64,000 nucleotides of DNA from Planctomycetota bacterium. GTDB lineage: Bacteria; Planctomycetota; Phycisphaerae; UBA1845. The stretch's first letter is position 1. Each line of letters begins with the position of its first letter. The stretch lies in assembly GCA_024275565.1 (NCBI GenBank), contig JAJRYY010000009.1, forward strand, positions 636 through 64,635. The letters run 5' to 3'. The notes beneath the pieces were generated by a model that saw nothing but the letters and a program-made list of their open reading frames with translations, did no database searches and was not told the DNA's origin. The translations under genes and the position numbers were made by a program. Of this stretch, positions 57,851-64,000 are shown in pieces.

Positions 57851-57934
57851 AATTGGCGACGATTGGTGTTCAGAGACGCTTTGCAATGTCCGATAAACCA
57901 AAATGACAATATCGCAGACTATCGGGAGCGACTC

Positions 57935-58633
57935 ATGAAATCGATCATCGTAGGGTGCGGCGGGCATGGTCGTGTGGTACTGGATATCCTCCGGGCCGCC
58001 GAGATTCATGAGGTTGTGGGTTTCCTCGATTCCAATGCTGATATGAGTGGTCGGCGGATCGATGGGCTTGAGGTGCTTGGTGATTTGTCTGCCCTGGGGC
58101 GTGTTCGACATGACCTTGAGGTCGAGGGAGCAATCATCGCGATCGGCGACAACGGCGTTCGCCGCCATTATGCTGATATTTGCGAACGTACAGGCCTGAA
58201 GCTGGTCAACGCGATCCACCCGTCTGCGAATGTGGCTGCCAATGCTATTATCGGACGTAACGTCGTCATCGCAGCCGGCGCCCTCGTCTGCGCTCACTGC
58301 CAGATCGGCGATTCGGTCATCCTCAACACCGGCAGCATCGTCGACCACGAAACCATGATCGGGACAGCCACGCATGTCTGCCCTGGCGCAAGACTTGCCG
58401 GTCGAGTCTCAGTCGAATCGGGTGCTTTTGTGGGCATCGGTGCGACGGTCATTCAAAGCGTGCGGATTGGTTGCGATGCGATTATCGGAGCTGGTGCCGT
58501 CGTGACTGACAACGTCGCACCGCTGACGACCATGGTCGGCGTGCCAGCCCGCGAAATCAAACGGACCTGCGACGACGAATGGTCGACCTGGCTGGTGCCG
58601 GAATCTCTCCGCCGAACAGCACCCGTTTCATAA
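57935..58633 (+). CDS. NeuD/PglD-family sugar O/N-acetyltransferase (hexapeptide)
   Basis: MKSIIVGCGGHGRVVLDIL Rossmann-like N-domain plus a left-handed beta-helix C-domain. The start is set at the ATG at 57935 with a GGGAG Shine-Dalgarno. Confidence 0.85.
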   Translation: MKSIIVGCGGHGRVVLDILRAAEIHEVVGFLDSNADMSGRRIDGLEVLGDLSALGRVRHDLEVEGAIIAIGDNGVRRHYADICERTGLKLVNAIHPSANVAANAIIGRNVVIAAGALVCAHCQIGDSVILNTGSIVDHETMIGTATHVCPGARLAGRVSVESGAFVGIGATVIQSVRIGCDAIIGAGAVVTDNVAPLTTMVGVPAREIKRTCDDEWSTWLVPESLRRTAPVS

Positions 58634-58647
58634 CCCCGCGATCGAAT

Positions 58648-58732
58648 CTGATCACGACCTGCAACGAGAAACTGATCACGGACTGCAACGAGTAACTGGT
58701 CACGGCCTGCAACGATAAACTGGTCATCACCC
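58648..58732. repeat. 3.5 copies of a 24-bp tandem repeat filling the spacer between convergent genes
   Basis: ctgatcacgacctgcaacgagaaa / ctgatcacggactgcaacgagtaa / ctggtcacggcctgcaacgataaa / ctggtcatcaccc. Confidence 0.85.
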
Positions 58733-61555
58733 TTATGGGCGCGGTGACATGGATTGCCCGCTCCAGGACTGCGTTGCATTGCCGGTCCCGGAGAGTTCCT
58801 GACGGATGCGGAGCAGGTCGAGCGCCTGAATGACCCCGTTCCTGTCCATGTCGATGTAGTCAAGATCCTCGCCTTCTGGATTCTGGAATACCCCATTGAA
58901 CATCTGACGGAAACGTAGCAGATCCAACGCCTGAACCACGCCGGACTGATCTATATCGCATGGCAGGAAACCAATGTCGATGCGATCCGGTTCATTCACG
59001 CCAGGCCCCTGATCGCCGCTGGAAGCAATCGGGTTGCCAGCAAGATCCTCGACGTCTGCTACGATGGTGGTCCAGAAACCTGCTGGAACCGGGCCAGACA
59101 ATTCGACCTGTACCAGCGTATTGTCTGCACTCAATATGCTGATCACCGATGGGTAGGATGGAGCGTCACCCATGAGTGTGAAGGCGCTGGTTGATAATGT
59201 TGCGTCTTCAGCCCCTGCGTCTCGTACCTGTTCTGAGAACAATATTGACAGTGTATCCACGCCCATATCGAACGCCTCACCATCGGAGCTTTCCATGCGA
59301 GAATCGACATATCCGCTATGCGGGAAGGTCGTGGTGCCGGCGTCGTGGACAATCTCCGGCGAGACAGTGTCCATGTCTTCACATACGAACACTTTCACGA
59401 TGAAATCGTCGATGGCTGCTTCCGTCAGCGATACGGTCAGCACATCCGCCACCGAGAAACGAACCCGCATGCTGGCTGTCGGGGTCACAAAATCAGAGAC
59501 ATTGAACGACACGACTTCCCAGCCGCCATCACCGCCGGGTCCGACCGTTTCCAGATTGAACCAGTTCACGCCTCCGTCATTGGAAATTTCGACTTCGAGC
59601 GTATCGTTGTCGTTGTTGTTATCGAACCATCGAGCGTACTCAATTGTCCCCTCCATGCCCTCCAGATCAAAAATCGGCGACGTCAGAATTACCGGCCCGC
59701 CATCGACATCGCAAGTGCCCGCCTGACCAGCACAATTCCCCGTCACGAAGCAGATCGTACCATCCTCAGAATAGTCGTCTTCCGGCTGAGCGGTGGTACC
59801 AATAGGATCCTCGCGAACCCACTGCCCCGTCGTGTTCACCCCCTCGAAGGTTGATTCCCATCCGCCATCAAGCTCGAAATCATCTTCAAATCGAATCTCC
59901 AACGCGCCGACCTCCGCAAAGTATGTTTCGTCTGGCGCATTGAACGGACTGGTGACCACCGACTCCTCTGTCGAGGTCGCTGTAAAATAGAATTCCGGAA
60001 CAGAATCACAGGTAGCCGCAGGCAGCGTTGCCTCATACTCATTGCCACCCAACGCCAGCATGGCAACCTGATCGAACGCTCCTCCGTCAAAACGATATAC
60101 CAGCATGGGACTGCCAGGATCAAGCTCTTCCGATCCCATGCTGATTTGCACGCGTATCGTGGTCGTTTCTCCGGGAACGATGGAACCCGGCAGTCCGTCG
60201 GGGAAGGCGTATCGCAGTGGTTGAATGGTCGCGAGTACAGCATCCAGTGTCGCTTTTGCATCGATGCGCCCTGCACCGAACATATTGTCAAAACCAGGAT
60301 CGCCGAGATCCACAGCATTGTTTCTGAGGAACTGCCTGACCTCCTCCACCTGGATGTTCGGATTTAACGAGTACATCAATCCGACCAGCCCTGCGACGTG
60401 CGGCGTCGCCATCGATGTACCGGTCTCATAGTTGTAATCTGCCGGCCCCCCGATCCATGTCGAAAAGACTGCTATCCCCGGGGCACAGACATCCATCCAC
60501 GGACCTCGGTTTGAGGCTGTGTAATAAATGTCATTCTCGCCCGTGGCGGATACCGCGATGGTTTGAGGATAGGCGGCTGGAAAATAGGAGATGTTGCTAC
60601 CATCGTTGCCAGCGGCTGCTACGACCGTGACATCGTTGTCCCATGCATACTGAACGGCGGTCTGCAGGATACCCGCCCCACCACCACCGCCACCACTATA
60701 ATTGACGATGTGTGCTCCATTGTCCGTCGCGTAGGTAATCGCCTCTGCAATCGCTTCCCATGTCCCGGAAAGTCCGTTGAATACCTGCAGGGGCATGATC
60801 GTACAGTTGCTCATGCCCGCAATTCCTGCAGCATTGTTGATCTGGGCACCTGCAATGCCGGCCACATGCGTACCATGTCCGGAGGTCGGTGACGGATCGT
60901 TGTCCGAATTCATAAAATCCCAACCGATCGTGTCATCAATGAATCCGTTGCCGTCGTTGTCCAACCCGTCCGGCGGGTCGTCCACATTGACCCATAATCC
61001 ACTCTGAAACTCTACATGGTCGAGTCGAAGCCCACTGTCTGCTATCGCAATGATAATCGCCGGATCACCCGTGGTGATGTCCCACGCTTCTTCAGCACGG
61101 ATAATCATGGGTCCGTATTGCTCGGCCTCAAAAAAAGGATCGTTCGGTGTAAAGGCTGCACGGGTGATATAATTCGGGACGGCGTATGTGACGCCAGACA
61201 GCTTCGAGATTCGCTCAACCGCCTGCGCAACATCACTGCCGGGAGCGAGGTGAACCACCCGGACCATAGCCAGCGGATGGACCTGCTTGGGCTTGTTTTT
61301 CGCGTGCGGTGCGTGACGAAGCTCGTGCCAGCGCTCAGCGTCTGGTACGCACGCCTGAATACACTTCATCTCCCGTTCGCCGGGAACGTTCCGATAACCC
61401 ACGATCAGCTGATCGGGTACATATGCCAGATCGATCTCTTTGACCGCAACAGGTTCTTTCGTCCTGGTAATGCCAAAGTCGTCGCCCACGCCCCATACAG
61501 CGTGATTATCCCCCGCCATTCCAATGAACAGGATCAAGCCAACAAGTCGCTTCAT
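58733..61555 (-). CDS. secreted subtilisin-like (S8) serine protease with a dockerin-like C-terminal pair
   Basis: Catalytic triad motifs AIADSGL (Asp), HGTHVAGIAG (His) and GTSMATPHVAG (Ser). Signal peptide present. C-terminus DIDQSGVVQALDLLRFRQ...DMDRNGVIQALDLLRIRQ. Confidence 0.9.
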   Translation of the reverse strand: MKRLVGLILFIGMAGDNHAVWGVGDDFGITRTKEPVAVKEIDLAYVPDQLIVGYRNVPGEREMKCIQACVPDAERWHELRHAPHAKNKPKQVHPLAMVRVVHLAPGSDVAQAVERISKLSGVTYAVPNYITRAAFTPNDPFFEAEQYGPMIIRAEEAWDITTGDPAIIIAIADSGLRLDHVEFQSGLWVNVDDPPDGLDNDGNGFIDDTIGWDFMNSDNDPSPTSGHGTHVAGIAGAQINNAAGIAGMSNCTIMPLQVFNGLSGTWEAIAEAITYATDNGAHIVNYSGGGGGGAGILQTAVQYAWDNDVTVVAAAGNDGSNISYFPAAYPQTIAVSATGENDIYYTASNRGPWMDVCAPGIAVFSTWIGGPADYNYETGTSMATPHVAGLVGLMYSLNPNIQVEEVRQFLRNNAVDLGDPGFDNMFGAGRIDAKATLDAVLATIQPLRYAFPDGLPGSIVPGETTTIRVQISMGSEELDPGSPMLVYRFDGGAFDQVAMLALGGNEYEATLPAATCDSVPEFYFTATSTEESVVTSPFNAPDETYFAEVGALEIRFEDDFELDGGWESTFEGVNTTGQWVREDPIGTTAQPEDDYSEDGTICFVTGNCAGQAGTCDVDGGPVILTSPIFDLEGMEGTIEYARWFDNNNDNDTLEVEISNDGGVNWFNLETVGPGGDGGWEVVSFNVSDFVTPTASMRVRFSVADVLTVSLTEAAIDDFIVKVFVCEDMDTVSPEIVHDAGTTTFPHSGYVDSRMESSDGEAFDMGVDTLSILFSEQVRDAGAEDATLSTSAFTLMGDAPSYPSVISILSADNTLVQVELSGPVPAGFWTTIVADVEDLAGNPIASSGDQGPGVNEPDRIDIGFLPCDIDQSGVVQALDLLRFRQMFNGVFQNPEGEDLDYIDMDRNGVIQALDLLRIRQELSGTGNATQSWSGQSMSPRP

Positions 61556-61832
61556 ATTCCGCTTCTCCGCCCTGCGCTATCAGTTCCCAACACGACACCC
61601 CGCGATTGTAACGCATTGTAGGCACGTTACGAAGCGTTGTGAGAATGGATTGGTGGAAACAGGACCAGCAGGGATTCCTGCATGACTTTATCGGTCCGGA
61701 CTCACACTTGAATCTGTGGCGGAATGATATTGAAAATGCACTCCGGTCGGACCGATACGGAGCGTATAGAGTACGTCAATCGAGCGTACGACACACGGAA
61801 ATTTCCACCGCCAACACCATGGGGAGCACGGC

Positions 61833-62816
61833 ATGACCATGACAACACGTCCATCAGGAGACCCTGCGGTGATCGATAAAATACTGCGCGACGTCAAGCT
61901 GCCATCGCTTCCAGATGCCGCCATCCGTATGCTGGAACTTTGCCGCGACCCCGGCGTCAGTGCCCAGGAAATCGTACGCGTTATCGAGCTAGACCCATCG
62001 CTGTCCGCACGCCTGCTGAAGGTCGCAAACAGCTCCTTCTTCGGACAAAGTGGCAAAATCGAGACCCTGACGCGTGCAGCCATCCTCCTTGGCAACGACT
62101 ATCTGAAAGCGGTGGGACTCGGGTTCTTTCTCACGCAGACCTGGAAAGATGTGCAGCCTGACGGGTTCGATTTCCGGGAATTCTGGCGGGACAGCATCCT
62201 CCGGGCATGCCTGGCACGTCAGATCGCATCTAAAATCGATTATCACCCCAGGGAACAGGTCTTCCTGGCTGGCATGCTCGCGGACATTGGTTCCCTGGTG
62301 ATGGGGGTGACCTTCGAAGGTGACTATGCGACGACCATGGGGCGTTTCGTCGGGGCGGATAACGACCGCAAGGATTACGAGCAGAAGCACTTCGGCGTCA
62401 ACCATGTCGATCTGGGAAAAGCGATCGCCCAGAAATGGTCATTCCCCGAATCGATCGTGTGTGCAATCGCACGCCACCAGGACACGCCCCCCATGCGTGC
62501 AGACCGCGATCGCACCATTGTGCTGTGGCAGATTACGCACTTCTGCCTGACGGTTCCATTTGCTCAGGATCGGCAGACCGCCCAGGTGTGTTCCCAGTTG
62601 CGACAGTTGGCCATCATCTCACTCGGACTCTCTTTCGAATCTCTGAGCGAACTTTTCTCCGAAACCGTTGAGCAATTCAATGTACTTGCGTCCGTTTTCT
62701 CCAACCTGCTCCCAGCAGATGTGAACGTGTCGGACATGATGAATACTGCGACCGAGATGCTGCGCGAGGTGGATCAGCAGGCGACACAGCAGCTTGCACA
62801 AATCGAGTCCGAATAA
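61833..62816 (+). CDS. HDOD-domain signalling protein
   Basis: Typical HDOD N-terminus (LPSLPDAAIRMLELCRDPGVSAQEIVRVIELDPSLSARLLKVANSSFFG...AAILLG). Confidence 0.83.
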   Translation: MTMTTRPSGDPAVIDKILRDVKLPSLPDAAIRMLELCRDPGVSAQEIVRVIELDPSLSARLLKVANSSFFGQSGKIETLTRAAILLGNDYLKAVGLGFFLTQTWKDVQPDGFDFREFWRDSILRACLARQIASKIDYHPREQVFLAGMLADIGSLVMGVTFEGDYATTMGRFVGADNDRKDYEQKHFGVNHVDLGKAIAQKWSFPESIVCAIARHQDTPPMRADRDRTIVLWQITHFCLTVPFAQDRQTAQVCSQLRQLAIISLGLSFESLSELFSETVEQFNVLASVFSNLLPADVNVSDMMNTATEMLREVDQQATQQLAQIESE

Positions 62817-62914
62817 TTAAGAGCAGAATCAGACGATGCGAACAGCATGTCAACGGCGAGGTGCAGCCCGACGTATTTTCATCGTAACCTTACCGCGACC
62901 CTTCCGCGCTGCTC

Positions 62915-62969
62915 GGACGTCCGAGAACCCTTTGAGGCTACAGACGTCCGAGAACACGCTGAGGCTACA
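62915..62969. repeat. 27-bp tandem duplication downstream of the HDOD gene
   Basis: gacgtccgagaacNNNNtgaggctaca occurs twice; the first copy is preceded by the palindrome cggacgtccg. Confidence 0.7.
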
Positions 62970-63149
62970 TTTGCAGCAAAAACACCGTTATCGGGTGCAG
63001 ATTCCACTTGACTTCACCTCCTTTCGGTCACAACAATCCGATGCCTCCGGGAGTGGGCAATGGGGTGGCGATGGGTCACGATCTTCTCGTGCAGGAGATG
63101 AGTCGGCTCGTGAGGGATGTCTGGGCGCGTATCGTGGGGGAGCAAAAAG

Positions 63150-64000
63150 GTGAGGGAACCGGAACTAACAGCAGTTGTGCTGGCGGGCGTACATGACTGG
63201 GGTGCGTGTGCGTTGAATCAGGCGGTGATTCGTCCGCTTGCACCCATCGCGAATATGCCGGTCGTTGGCTATGTGTTGCGTGCACTGGTGACAGCCCGGG
63301 TGCGTCGAGCGATACTGTGTACCAACGGTCATGGTGATGCTTTCCGTGAGGCGATCGGGGATGGGAGCGCATTTGGCCTCGAACTCAGCATACGCGACGA
63401 TGACATGCCAAGAGGACCAGCGGGTTGTTTGAAAGACGCTTATGCTGACCTTGAGGGCGACTGCCTCGTCATGGAATCAAGCCTCATACCACACTTCGAC
63501 ATACAGCAGCTTGTCGCAGACCATCGCTCTACGGGGGCAGCTGTCACGATCGCCTCTCAAAAAACTCAAAAAGCGGGCATGGACCATTATTCACCTGTCG
63601 GTGTCTACGTCTTTTCGCCTGAAGTGGTCGAAGAAATCTCATCCACAGGATTCGTTGATATCAAGGAAAACGTGCTTCCCAGGCTTCACCATGAAGGCAA
63701 GCGCGTGGATGTTCATGTCGTCGATGGGCCAACGCCACATCTTCAAGGTATTGCAAGTTATTTTTCGTTGAATGAATGGGCAGTGAAAATGGCAGCCCGG
63801 GGTGCTTTCGATCTGGATGAACACTATCTGGACGGGGAAACACTGGTGCATATTCACGCCGAAGTCGATCCAACCGCTCGGATGATGGGTCCGGTTGTCA
63901 TCGGACCAGGAGCCCGCATACGGGCTGGAGCAATCATCGTCGGTCCGACCTCGGTCGGTCAGGATAGCATCGTCGGGCAGAACTGCGTCATATCACGGTC
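63150..64000 (+). CDS. nucleotidyltransferase-fold + left-handed beta-helix protein (NDP-sugar pyrophosphorylase-like), 3' end off-window
   Basis: The frame is open from the stop at 63111-63113 to the window end. The translation reads VREPELTAVVLAGVHDWG...PRGPAGCL...VGVYVFSPEV... followed by hexapeptide repeats (VIGPGARIRAGAIIVGPTSVGQDSIVGQNC). The start is either the GTG at 63150 or the ATG at 63117. It is not in the ORF track because there is no stop in the window. Confidence 0.7.
   Translation, partial: MREPELTAVVLAGVHDWGACALNQAVIRPLAPIANMPVVGYVLRALVTARVRRAILCTNGHGDAFREAIGDGSAFGLELSIRDDDMPRGPAGCLKDAYADLEGDCLVMESSLIPHFDIQQLVADHRSTGAAVTIASQKTQKAGMDHYSPVGVYVFSPEVVEEISSTGFVDIKENVLPRLHHEGKRVDVHVVDGPTPHLQGIASYFSLNEWAVKMAARGAFDLDEHYLDGETLVHIHAEVDPTARMMGPVVIGPGARIRAGAIIVGPTSVGQDSIVGQNCVISR

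Overview
This is a 64-kb chromosomal segment from a moderately GC-rich bacterium. The protein architectures suggest a Planctomycetota/Phycisphaerae-like organism, but that is inference only. Housekeeping blocks are yajC-tgt-arfB, the frr-pyrH-tsf-rpsB cluster, lpxB, folD, rsmE, and aceA-aceB with a divergent LysR regulator. Accessory content lies between them. Six secreted proteins share a C-terminal dockerin/EF-hand-like tag. A multicopper oxidase ends in an IPTL-CTERM-like tail. There is a 1325-aa CEMIP-like G8 protein, and an EpsI-like protein sits next to a 1501-aa TPR protein. A roughly 2.1-kb lower-GC insert is bounded by a duplicated fragment of a UbiA-family gene and carries a decayed Phd/PIN toxin-antitoxin pair. 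The most unusual locus is a complete RtcR / sigma-54 promoter / rtcB / rtcA RNA-repair module. Its rtcB-rtcA spacer is about 330 nt and filled with hairpin repeats. Directly downstream are two abutting tRNA-like elements that have canonical D and T arms but non-canonical acceptor and anticodon arms. The window also contains REP-like hairpin families showing compensatory substitutions, and many short tandem-repeat arrays at gene 3' ends, several of which duplicate the stop codon itself. No rRNA, CRISPR array, transposase or integrase was seen. All calls come from reading the translations and the DNA by eye; no database search was run.
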